Assembly (NCBI GenBank): GCA_036172245.1
Contig: JAYWIR010000034.1
Location: forward strand, 744,001 to 808,000
Reading direction: 5' to 3'
Origin: Raillietiella orientalis
Lineage: Eukaryota
DNA length: 64,000 bases
Shown: in pieces, positions 47,601 to 59,400 of the stretch
Layout: each line of letters opens with the position of its first letter
Numbering within the stretch: the first letter of the stretch is position 1
Program-made: the position numbers and the translations under genes
The notes under the pieces: generated by a model
Database searches by the model: none
What the model was told of the DNA's origin: nothing
Seen by the model: the letters and a program-made list of their open reading frames with translations, nothing else

Positions 47601-50364
47601 GCGTGGTAAACAAGCGCATGCTCTCCAAAAACTCCTCCACGGTTCCCGTGTTCTTGCCAATCATTCTGTGCATCTCTCGCTGCATCTGAAGCGAACAAGA
47701 CCCTCTTCGAAACGGTGGAAAACCGAATTACTGACTCAATTTGTAAACAGCAAAAGTGGAATCGTTAGAAGGGGCGAAGAACACAGCAGCGCCCTTCCGA
47801 GAACATCGTCCCAATGTATACAGGCACACGTCAGCATAAAAAAAAAAAAAAAGGGAGGGGAGGGGGAAGAACGGCTGCTCAAAGAAGCATCGACGAACAC
47901 GCTTATTCCTACGGATATCGGTTCTCGATCTTCCTGGAACGTATAACGATCGAGATGAGCTCTGCGGAACATTTCCAGTTTCAGAAATCGTATCTGTACC
48001 ATGATAGGTGTGAAGAGAGAAGCTTGCTCTCTCTCCGGGTGGAGTGGGGGGGGGGGAGAGAAAAACAGCGGCAGCATCAATCTCCGTGCATAAATTTTGG
48101 CTGCTGGCAAATTCGTGTTGCATGTGACGACGAAAGTCCTTGGTAGCTGCTAAGGGGTAATGGCCAGAATGAAAACAAACAATTACCTTCAAAGGCACTC
48201 TCGGCGAATGACGTCGAAGATGAATTTCAAAGGCAGGTGACCATTTTTGGTCGTTTACTCGTTATTTTGGCTCGCGACTGCTCGTTTCATTCAGCCCGTA
48301 ACGTATGTTTTCGCCGCGTGACTGCGTCCGGTCCATGCGAACGCCGTGAGCACGACAGCGGATTACTCGGTCTGAGCAAGACTGGTTTCCGAAAGTAGGG
48401 AACGTCCTCGAGCATAAGAAGCAAGACAAGTCGATGCTGCTGCTGCTGCTGCTATCCGACTGCGAAACAGCGCATCGCAAGAAAGTGCAGGGATTTTCCC
48501 CATATTCGTTTCCGTGATGATCGGTTACCACGTTTTCCTGTCCTCATTGCAAATTAGCGGGAATGAAATTACATGCGATCGCAGCGCGTTCTGTTTGTCT
48601 TTTGTGTGTGTGTGTGGGGGGGGGGGAGCGCGCTTTGCTTCTTCAGAGGCAAATCCTGGCACTATAGAACTATTGGAACAATCCGGTGCATTGTTGCGCA
48701 TGCGACGGTTGTCCGTTTCCCACCGCAACCGCTTTTCCTGCAACAATCGAAGCAGCCTATTGGGCTGCTCGCTTTCGGAACTCGTAGAAGGCGCGCGCAA
48801 AGGAAGGGGGGGAGGAGGGGGGGGGAGAAAAAAAGCAAAAAAAAAAACAAGCAACCGGCTAAACAAACGAAATGAGGCAATCAATAAAGCGAAATCGTTA
48901 TGGCGACGAAAGTGAGTGCGGAAAGGACATCTCGGCAATCTGCTCATTTCATAAACGGCTCGACTTGCTCATCTGACTGTCCAGCAGCAAGCTTTTGCAG
49001 AAAGCACGTCTTTCTCTCGACCTACGGGCGGCCGTCGGGGTTTGTCCTGCAGTTTACTCTTGATCTTCCTCCCTGAGAATAGGCAGGATCCTTCCTCTTT
49101 TTTAAGAACTGTTGCTCGTGTTGGTTGAAGGCTGACGGGTAAAGATCGCGTTCCGGGAGTCGTGGCTCCGAAGTCTTCATGCAAACCAGCAAAAACAACA
49201 ACAACAACAACGAAAAGGTTCCTAGGAAAAATAATTCCATGCAGACACAAAAAGAGGAGAGGGACGAATGTGACTGCGGCGAGGAGTTGCTCCAATAAGA
49301 AACTTTCTAGCGAAATGAAGGGGCCATCATTTGTCATCCTGCTAGCTTGTGTACAAAAGTAAATCATCATCTCCGAGATACCTAAAGCACGTCTGCAAAC
49401 TCATCAGATAAAACCATCTCTTCTCTAATGGCGTGCTCCAGAAGCCTCCTATTATGGGAGAACATTGTGATGATAATAGCGAAGATCAACCGTATGTTCG
49501 AAAATTTCATCTGTTCCTAAAGTCATCGCGAAGAATGGACCAAAGATGTTCCGAATTTTCATCTGCTCATTGTTAATGAACAATTCACTTTTTCGTCTGC
49601 CCCTTTCCATCTGTCCTTTATTATGCAATAAAGAATTTGAAACGAGGTAACGCTTTCATATATAGAAAATAGTGATTTCCTTCCGCATCCTGGAGGATGC
49701 GAGATCACATCTGGCTTCATGTACTTTTCGGCAGGTGGAGAAGTTTTTCATCTGCGGCGCATCCAGGCGAATCGTTCCTTGCAATCCCACAATGCTGTTC
49801 TCTGATCACGCAGCCGAACAGCTGGCCCAGGATGCGAGGTACAGGCGGTCACTTCCACGCGTCTTCCCACTCGGTTCGCATCCGGGTCGTGCGGAAGGAG
49901 GTGGTAGGAAATTCCAGGGGGAGGGAGAGTTCCCGGCGACGTTCTTCGCTGCCGTTCCCTGCGACGTCGCAAGACTGTCCGAGGATCTCGCACTGCAAAG
50001 TGCACTTGAGTCCTCGAAATGCTTGTTAATTGAACCGGCAGATGCCGCTGACGTCACGTGCCCTCGCAGGCTTTTGTGTATCTCAGAATTAAAAAGTCGT
50101 TCGCTCCTCCCGGGCCTCGAAACGGAGCGAAGGAAGCGGCAGTGTTCTTCTTGAGTAAGCACGCTTTCTTCGTCAGTTAAACTTCCTTTGAATTATCTCG
50201 GTAGTCAGGTGAGGCTAAACAGAGCCAGAAAATTAGAACGCATATAAAGAGATCTTTGGAACGAGCAAAGAAAGGACTGGAGAAAATTGTTATGCGTGAA
50301 AGAAAACCATATGCGCTCTGCTAACGGTCGCCGCGCTATTCAGGAGCGTCGGTTATAACTGCCT

Positions 50365-50369
<5 letters not shown>

Positions 50370-50395
<26 letters not shown>

Positions 50396-50460
50396 GAAAA
50401 GAAAAAGGAGAGAGAGAAAGAGCAGGAGGAGGAGGAGGAGAAGAAGAGAAGAGGAGGGAA
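50370..50460. repeat. Poly-A run followed by a polypurine tract
   Basis: ~26 A's then aaaagaaaaaggagagagag...gaggaggag. Confidence 0.85.
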
Positions 50461-52732
50461 ACACGCGGCTCTCTTCTCTTGAGCATTTTTTTTTTTCTCG
50501 GCAATAAAAATCTCACGAGTTTGTAGGTGAGGCATTTGGATTTCTGTCCTGCATTTTATAAGTGGGAGGAGGCACCTGAATCCAAAAAAACAAGGCGTGT
50601 GCGGTGTGTGCGCACGCGCGCGCGCGACTGCAGCGCAAACCTCCCTCCCTCCTTTGAACTCCTTCGCCCCTACTCCTTACCCATGCCTCTTACCCCTTTC
50701 TCAGACAACGGCGTCTGGGGAAAGAGCATCCTCTCGCTCGAGGAGGAAGGGGGTGGTAGACAAGGGACCATCAGGAAGAGAGAGCGCCGTAAATCTGCCG
50801 ATTCCGCGTTGGTCTCAGGAGAGCAGTCCCTCCGGGTGAGGGAAGAGCTGCTTCTGGGGAGTCCACACCAAGAGAATCTTCTTCGACTGTGTAAGGAGGA
50901 CGCGTCTGGCAGCCCCGAGACTGCGGAGAAGTCGCCCCTGAACTCGCGCAGGAGGGCGTCGGGTGCTTCCGGCACAGAGCGGTGGAGACGCGGACTCCAT
51001 GGACCCCAAGACAGGAAGAGAGAGGGAGAGAGGAAGGGGGGGGGGGAGAGAAAGAATTAGATCCTTCCCGAAAGCGCGCGCGGCATCGTCACGGGAGAGA
51101 CGCCTCCTCTTCGCATCTGCAACGCTCGTGCCCTGATCATTAGCGGGAAGCCATCCGTCAGCCGCCGTTGCCGAAACGACCATTCGACTCTCGCAGACGC
51201 CTTCTTTGTTTGTTTGTTTGTTTGTTTGCCGTCATGGCGGGAACCCCTTCTTCCTGTTGATCGGGGGTTGCCGTGGTAGCGGTAGCACAAGAGACGCCAC
51301 GAAGTGGTTTTTCTCAAGCATCTCTTTATCCCTCTGTGCTGTGATTTGGAAAGGGGGATCTAATCCTCCTCCTCCTCCTCCTCCTCTTCCACCCTATTTC
51401 CAGTCCAGGCGGGGTCGGTTTGTTTGTTGAGGACCTACTTGTGGGGAGTGCGGCAGCGACAGGGGCATCCGCAAGGGAGGGATGGCGCTGGCCTCATCGC
51501 GGAGGGCTGACGAGAAGCGGAAATCAACGCGCCTCTTTCCCTATGGTCTCCAGCATTTCTCCTCGGTCTCTCTCTCCCCCCCCCCCCAATTCCCTCGCGA
51601 CTCGCCTGCTCCCTTTCCTTCTTCTCAAGCCCCGCGCTGTCCCGTGCTCTCCCACGCGACGCGACCTGGGGATTATAGGACCGCAGCGGCCCTTCCGGGA
51701 GCCGCTGGGGTCCATGAAAGCTATCCGCCTGGCGCGCCGCTGCTTCTGCGCCTCTCCCTCTTCGGATGCCGAGGAGCGAAAGTCGGACGTGCCTCCTGGG
51801 AAGGATGGACTGGAGGTGCGCGCGCTCCCGGAAGTCGCGAGGAGATCGGGAACGCTTTAGAGCGGCTCGTCTTTCGGACCGCGACCGGGAGCAGGCGATG
51901 CATCCGCTCGGGCCGCCATCATCTCAGCATCCGGACCTCGTAAAAAAAAGAAAGGAAAGCTTCCCAGGAGGGTTCCCAGGGCAGCCCCCGGTCGAATTCC
52001 TGGTAGGGACCGTGGGCCTGCAATAGGCCGAGGAACCACTATAAGATGGGTCAGAGGAAGGGAAGGGCTGGTCCCTTCAGCCAGCCGGAGGAGGGCAGGG
52101 AGACGAGGAGTCAGCGGCGGCGGCTTCCGGGATCAGGCCGGGAAGGAAGTCCTGAGCGGAGGCGACCAGACATCGGCGACCTCTCTGGAAGGGCTAAGTT
52201 TTCAACTAGCAATAATCGTGGCTCAGTCGCCTTCCTCGCCTACGATACTGCCCGTGCGCAAGGGCGAAGGGCGAAGTGGGTGGGACGTCGGAGTTGCTTC
52301 TTTCCCTGTGGGCGCGGCTTTCTGAAGACGGCCTCCCGGTGCTGAGGGAATGATGGGGCAGCGCGCTGCCGCCTCCGCGGTTGGGACGAAAGCGGGAGGC
52401 GTAGAAGGTGCTGAAGGGTGAACGGCAGCAGCAACTGTGCGCGCGCGAGGAGTCGCTGTGGGGTCTTGACCAGGGTCGAGAGTCTCCTGCGGAAGGGAAG
52501 AGCCGGGAGTGCTGCTTTGGCACCGCCCCGTGCCGGAGCTTCGGCGACGCCATGCTGGAAGAACCTCGTCGTCCATCCTTAGGGAACAGAAAGGGTCCAC
52601 CCCAACCTCCCCTCCCTCCTTCCCGCAACCCTGCCTCGCTCCTTTCCTCATAGACAAGGAGGAAGGGGAACGCGGGACCCTAGGGCGCGCGCGACCCAGA
52701 AGCACCTCGTGGAGGTCGCAGGTGTTGCTTTT

Positions 52733-52738
52733 TTTATT
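52733..52738 (-). terminator. Candidate poly(A) signal of prospero B
   Basis: AATAAA on the minus strand ~650 nt past the stop codon in otherwise GC-rich DNA. Confidence 0.5.
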
Positions 52739-53388
52739 CGACAAGAATCTTCGCTTCGCTGGAGATCGGCGCCACTCACGGGGATGACAACTGGGAGTGC
52801 GTATGCGTGTGTGCGTGCGTGTGGGGGGGGGGGGAAGGAGAGGGGAGGGGGAAGAGGGGGATCGAGGGCAACGGGAAGGGAGGGTTGTGGGAAGGAGGGG
52901 AACGGATGCGCACGCGTGTCGTTTTTGCGTCCCACGTGCGTGCGACGCGCTTTCGAGGTTCCTCTGCTCGCTCTCAGGAACCGTGAGAGAGGGCGTCTTC
53001 CACTTACTTTTCCTCCCCATTCCCTTCTCTTGGGGTGTGGGAAGAGAGCGCAGGGAAGGGAGGGGTGGAGAGAGGTTGACTAGTTGCTGGTGGTCATTCT
53101 TCAGGCGGCACGGACTGGCGCTCTTCGTCCGTGCCCTTTCTTCTCTCTTCCTTCTTCCTGAGTGTCCTCCGGCGCTTGACCAGGAGGGCTTCAACCGCCA
53201 GGGATGTCTCGTTCCAAGAGGGGGAGACGTCAGTCCACGCTCTGCTGGTCTTTCCCGAATCTCTCGGCATTCAGGAACGTCGCCGATCGTCCGATCGGGT
53301 GTCTCGTCTCGAACGCAGGGGGAAAAGGAAGGAGGGGGGAAAGTAGGCAGGGAAAGGTCGGGCCCCTCCTGGGGGTGGACCCAACACT

Positions 53389-55820
53389 TCACTCCGCCTC
53401 GTCCAGGAACGACTTGCTCTGGAAGTAGTCGGGAATGCTCTCGTCGGAGCGGGCGATGATCTTGTAGATGGACTTCTTCCAGGAAGGCTCCCGGTCCTTC
53501 TTCTCGAAGATGACGTGGAAGAACTCCTTCACCGTCTGCTCGACGACCCGGCGGAAGCTCTCGGGAGGCTGGAGGAGAGCAAGGGGAGGGGGGTAAACGG
53601 GCGCCAGCGGGGAGACAAGCGAGGGGTGGGGGCGACGGGCTTCCCAAGCTGTCCTCCCTTCCCTCCCGCGCGCACGCGTGCCCGCCCTCAGGAGGGCGGT
53701 GGGCTCGCTCACCTGCACGCAGCTGTTCTTGTTGTAGTGGAGAGTCAGCGTGTGGAAGAGGTCCGACCCCTCGGCGACCTGGATCCTGTCCGGGCTCTGG
53801 ACTCCTTCCCCGACGAGCTGGCGGGCGTGCTTCTCAATCTGGATGTAGAAGAACTCCCGGAAGTTGGAGAACCATTTGATCAGTTGGGCGGTGTTGTTCT
53901 TGTCGAAGCGCACATCTGGGAAGAAGGACCTCAGAACCGAGGAGCTGGGATAGCGCGTCCAGAAGAACATCAGCTTGGCCTTGCGCAGGTGGGCAGGAGT
54001 CAGCGCGGAGGAGTGGATCTGGAGTTAAGGAGGAACCGACCAACCGAACGCGCTGCGCGTGCGAGGACTAGACGGGGAGGGACAGAACGGGAGTGGAGTG
54101 AAGGAGGAGAGGGAAGAAGCAGGAAGAGCCCCCTTTTCGCATTAAAGGATATTGATGGCACCGCGTCGTCCTCGAAGAGCCGGTTCCTCTTCCCGTTCCT
54201 GCAGCAAAAAGGATCTCCAGAGATGGCCTGCAGGAAGTCCTTGTTCCCTCGTGGGGATCCTCCGTAGACGGGAGGCGAATGGAGGAATCCTCCCAGGGGC
54301 GATCCGGGTGAGCTGCGGATGAGCCTGGCCGCACCTCCCAGCTTCGGGTATCCGTTGATCGGCTCGTCGAGGACGGCTGGGAGCTGCTGCTGAGTCTGCG
54401 CGTGGGCCGCCAGGGCGGCGCCCTCGACACCAGCCAAGGACATCCGGAAGGGCAGCCCCGACTTGGGCGTCAGCCTCATGTCCGTCACCTTATTGCGTTT
54501 CTTTGGAGTGACGACCAGACTGAGGGCTTCTTCCCTGGGGTCCGCGGCTTGTCCGTCGGAGCCGCTGTCGTAGTTGCTCATCGGACTAAGCTCCGGCGAC
54601 CTCCAGCTGCCGAGACAGCATCCGGCGAAGCCGCCGCCCCCCTGGGGGGAGCCCCGGGGCGTAGCCTGCCTGTCTTCGGCCGGCAACAGCAGGGGCGGCT
54701 GCTGCTGGCGCCGCCTGTCGCAGTAGAAGCCGCCGGCTCCCTCGTCGAAGGCGCGCGCCGCCACGGCAAGGCAGCACCGCCGGCTCGGAGACGGCCTGCC
54801 CTCCGACCTCGGCGCGAAGTCGCCCTCCGAAGAGGGGCGGCGCCGCCGGCGCTTGGGGAGCTCCTCTCCGAGCTCCCGGAAGTACCTCGCGACGGCGGAG
54901 TCGATGAGCTCCGTCAAGGAGGCTGCGATCTCAGTCTTGAGGTATCGGGATAGGCTCCGGAGGTCGCACGCGGCGGTCTCCAGGGAGTCCCTGCGCTCGG
55001 TCTCCTGGAAGATCCTCATGGTTCTGCCGCCACCGTCGCGCGCAGGCGAGGAGGGGGCCGCGGCGGCGGCTTCTCCGTTCTGGTGCAGCCAGATGGCCGC
55101 CGCGGGGTCGGCGCACCCGTCCCCCCCTCCTCCTCCTCCCTTCTTCGGACCCGCTCTCTTGAAGGTGTCGCTCGCAACGCTTCTCCTGCAAGGAGAGCGG
55201 CGGCATCTCGCGTCCTGGGGTGGTAGTCGGTCCGGGGACCGACGGGACCCGGAGTACCTTTTCTTCAGCAGCGAGAGGTGGTCTTCCATCAGCTGCAGTT
55301 GGCTGCGGAAGTACTCGTCGTCGTCCGCCTGCCGCCGCCGCCACTCCTCCTCATCATCATCATCATCGCGCCTCGACGACGCGTCGTGCTGAACGGGCTG
55401 GTAGAGCTTCCTCTTGCGGCACCCCCCCACAGAAGGAGAGCGCGACTGGGGGGCGGCGGCGTCCGGCAGGCGGCGCTCCAGCAGCTGCAGAAGCGCCTCC
55501 TCCCTCTCGGGGCTGCCGCCGGTGGTGTCCTTCGCCTCGGACTTGGCCGCCACCAACTTCTCCGCTCCCGCGTCGTCGTCGCGTTCCTCCTCGACGATGT
55601 GGAGACGAGGGAAGTCGTCGGACCCGGAGTTGTCGCAGTCGTAGGCGGCAGCTCCGCTCTCACCCTCGACAACCCCGCCGCCACAAAGGTGCCGCTTGAC
55701 TTCCTCCTCCTCTTCTTCCTCCTCCCCCTTCCTCGTCCCTCCTCCCTTCTTCAGGTCGTCGTCGGCATCGGCAGACACCTTCGGGTGGCTCCTGGGGACG
55801 CCCGGAGCTTCCTTAAGCAT
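53389..55820 (-). CDS. pros: Prospero/Prox homeobox transcription factor, copy B (~715 aa, more divergent)
   Basis: Exons 55820-54153, 54012-53713, 53568-53389. [89 protein letters not shown]-terminal motifs [38 protein letters not shown]. Start Met inferred from the TATA position. Confidence 0.94.
54013..54152 (-). other. U12-type AT-AC intron (140 nt) in prospero B
   Basis: Donor TCA|ATATCCTTT (54152-54144), branch site TCCTTAAC (54031-54024), acceptor CCAC| (54013). Phase-0 removal restores the frame into the homeodomain. Confidence 0.92.
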
Positions 55821-56132
55821 CGTGTCGGCTTCTCGCGCGTGGGAGCGCGCGTACTTGTCAGGGGAGGACGCTTTTCTTGGGGGAGGCTGCGGGCGTGCGC
55901 GCGGGCCGAGGAGGGGAGGAGCGAAGCGGGGTGTGAAGCTCAAAGGGATGCGTGGGGAGCGGCGGCGGCTGTGGTAGGGAGGAGAGGGATAGATCTGTGG
56001 GGTCACTGAGTAGCTAGCACCTCGGGACACACACGCGCGCGCACGCGACGCGCCAATCCCACCGACTGAGAAACGACCGACCACCTCACACGGAAACCTG
56101 CGGGATCGAGGCCGACGCCTCCAGAACACGAG

Positions 56133-56196
56133 TTATATAGGCGGTGCTCCTTGTGACGTCACGGCTCCAAGCAGCCGACCTTAGCGTTTTTATTGG
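56133..56196 (-). promoter_or_regulatory. Putative proximal promoter of prospero B: CCAAT, CRE, TATA
   Basis: CCAATAA (56196-56190), CGTGACGTCAC (56163-56153), TATATAA (56139-56133), in canonical order and orientation. Confidence 0.65.
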
Positions 56197-56423
56197 TAAG
56201 AGTTACGACCGGCAGCCCGCAGGCCGTTCTCAGGTTGCGAGGGGCAAGGAAGGAAGAAAGGAGGAGGAGTAGGGGGAGAGAAGGAGGGAGAGCAAGCAGG
56301 AGGGGGGGGGGAGAGGGAAAGGAGGAAGAGAAGAGCTGGGCAGAGTCTTTCGAGTGCCGGCTCGGACGGAGAGAAACGGTCGCGCGCGCGCTCTTTTGTG
56401 TCTGTGCGCGCGCGTGCGGGTTC

Positions 56424-56449
56424 CTCTCTCTCTCTCTCTCTCTCTCTCT
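56424..56449. repeat. (CT)n/(GA)n microsatellite upstream of the prospero B promoter
   Basis: ctctctct... run of ~13 units seen directly. Confidence 0.9.
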
Positions 56450-59400
56450 TCTTCGCGCGCGCCCGAGTGCTCCTCCCCCCCCCCTCCTTCTTTCCTTCCG
56501 CTGCTCCTCCTACCCCTCCCCTCTTTCCCTTTCCTTTTCCATCACCGTGACTTACAGTCCGTCACTAGGAGACGGGCTGCTGCTGCTGCCGAGCGATCCC
56601 GTCCGCCCAGGTCGGCGGGATCGCTCGATTGCGGAGAGGAGAGTCGCAAGGAGGCGTCGTGTGCGCCGCTACCGCCGTACGCGGAGATCCGTGCTCGCCG
56701 CCGCGCGGCGGACGGCTAGGGAGGAAGGGGAGCAGGGACGCGGCAGGATGCTGGATGGATATCGATGGGCTCCTCCTCACAACAGTGTGTGGGCTGCCGG
56801 GGAATCGCGCAGATGCGTCGCAGGGGCTGCCGGCTTCCACTCTCCTCCTCCCCCTCGCCACCTTTTTTTTTTTTTTTTTGTTTAGCTCCCCGCTCCTTTC
56901 CGAAGGAGCAAGCTCTCTGCCACCCTCCTCCCTTCCTCCTTCTCCTTCCTTACTCCTCCTCCTCCTCCTCCTCTTCACTTGTCTCCCTCCACCTTTGTTC
57001 CTCCTTTCTTCCTTCTCCTCCGACGGCGGAGCCAAGACGGCTGCGGCAGTGGGGTTCCCTGACCCTGACTTGACCTGGTCCCTTTCTGCCGCGCGCACTC
57101 CGGTACCGAAAACGAAAGTTCCGCTCTTCGACGCTCGACCCGTCAAGTGCAGCGGTCCGTGTCGTTCCGGGAGCGAAAAGGGGAAAAAAGGGGAGAAGGA
57201 AGAGGGGGGGGGGGGGAAGACGAAGAGGCGCGTCCCTTAGGCGAGAGTTGCCCATGGAGCCACTGAGCACTTCTCGGTCTCCCAGGGGTCGAGGGAATGA
57301 GGGGTTTCTCAGCCGGCTGCTCCTGGAGGACGGAAGCAGAACAGGGCGGGTGGCACACAAGGGAAGGAAGGGGGTGGACGTTCTATGCGGACTGAGGGGG
57401 GAGAGAGGAGCAGCGGGCAAGGGAGAGGTGGGGGCGAGGAGTGGAGTGGAGGGAGGGGGTCGCTTGCAGACTTTCTCCGCCTTGCGCCCTTCCCCTCCGC
57501 CTTTTTATGACGCCGGGAGTCCTCTGTGTTTCGTTCGGGAGAACCATGCCCTGAGGCGATGTCCCTCTCGCAACCATCTGCCGGCTCACGTGCGAGCCGG
57601 GAGTGGCGGACTCGCCCGCAGATCGCCCCGAAGATCGCCCGCGGGCAACAAATGAACTTATCTGCGTGACAGATCTGCTGCCTCTGGAGCCGACCGCTTC
57701 TCTCTCAGGAGCCTCCTTCGCGTCCGGAAGAACCATCGATCCTCCTTCTCCCGCGCCGTCGCCGCATTCGGACTCCGGGACCCCCTCCCCCTTCCTCCCG
57801 CTCCCGGAGGCGGTTTTCCTATGCGGGCCCGATGACGTCGTCGGCCCGATCCGGCGCCATGCAGCACGGGCTGCAAAGGGATGGGGAAGACTGTCCCTCC
57901 TTTCCTCGCCACCCCACCCGCTCCCCCATTTTTCCTTCCGACGCGCCTCCCTGTAGATCGGGCACTCCCGCTCCGCGCCGCCCCCTCGCCGTCCTGGACG
58001 AAGAGCGCGCGCGCATTCCCGCCAGGCTGTGCCCCCGAGGTTCTTTTTGGTCTGCTGACGCGCCAGCTGTGACAGCGATCTTCCTTCCCTCCCGCCTTCC
58101 TTCCTTCCTTCCTGCTCGGCCCCGATCGGGGGGAAACCCTGCGGCGCGCGCGTCCCCTTCCTGCCTCCCTCCCCCCCCCATCCTTTTCTTCCTCAACCTT
58201 TCCGCCCGCGTGTTGCTGTCTGAGAGCCGCCCGCCTGCCCACCCCTTCAGTGGCGCATCGCGTGGTTGTCCGAGAGCGCGCCGGGAGGCAGGAAGGCGAG
58301 CGGGCGCCGCCGAAGGGCCGCAGGGCACCGAAGAGGACGGGGCGAACCTGCTCGCAAGCGTGCCAACTGAGACTTCAGGGGGACTCCCGAGCGCCACCCC
58401 CTGAGGTTCCCCGGATCCTCTCGAAAGCGGGAGACATCGCCGGACATCCTCGCGGGCTCTGTCGTCGCCCTCAGCGGAGGCGGCGGCGGTTGCCTCCGCT
58501 GCCGCCTCCCCATCATCCCTCGGGCGCGCGTGCGCGGGATCCGGGATGAAATTTCACTCCGTCCCTCCCTTAGCCTTCTCCAGGAAGGGTGTGCACCCAC
58601 CTGCATCGGCTTCCGGTTCCCCGGGGGGCGCTTTGTCTCGGTCCCGGTTCCTTCCCGGCCGTGTGCCCAGGCGCCCCTCCCGGAGGAGGAGGATTTTCCC
58701 TGCACCCGAGGGTGCGTCAGCTCCCCGAGCCCGCCTCTCGGTCGGTGACCTCTGCTCCCTCCCTCCCTTTCTCAACCTACCCGGAGGGGAAGGAAGCATA
58801 CCCTAGCCGTCACCTTCCCGCGCGTCCACCAGGACGCTCGGAAAGGCGACGGCTGCCCGCTTGCCCGGCCGGAGGCTCCCTGAGGACAGTCCAGAGTCTC
58901 CCGATCGCCCCCCTGGAGGGGAGAAAGGAGGAGGGAAGGAGGAGCAGCAGCTCCTTAGGTTCGCCGCGAGCGACGACCCGCGGCGACTCCCGGAAGAATC
59001 CCGCTCCGCTTTCCGGGACGGTCTGGAGAGGACGCTACACGCTCCCGACGGCCGCTAAAGGAAAGAGGAAAGAAATTTCTACTCCCTGGGAACTCTGGAT
59101 GGATCCACCTTCGCCTGGAACGGATTCCGAGAGGGATGGTCTTGCCAGGAATCTTCTCGACTCCTGGGGAAGGAGGGCTGCCTGCCTTCCTTCGTGCTTC
59201 CCCCCTCTTCCAGTCCTGACAAGCATCCTCTTTCAGAAAAGAGCGGCGTCCAGGGACGGAAGGAAAGCAAGAAGAAGGGAGAGGAGGAACCATCAGGAGA
59301 AGACGGGGAAGTAGGGATATCCTGGAAAGGGTGGCGCTCTCCCGGAGTGAAAAGCAAAAGGGAAGAAGGGAAGCGAACCCCTGGTCAACTGCGGATGGGG

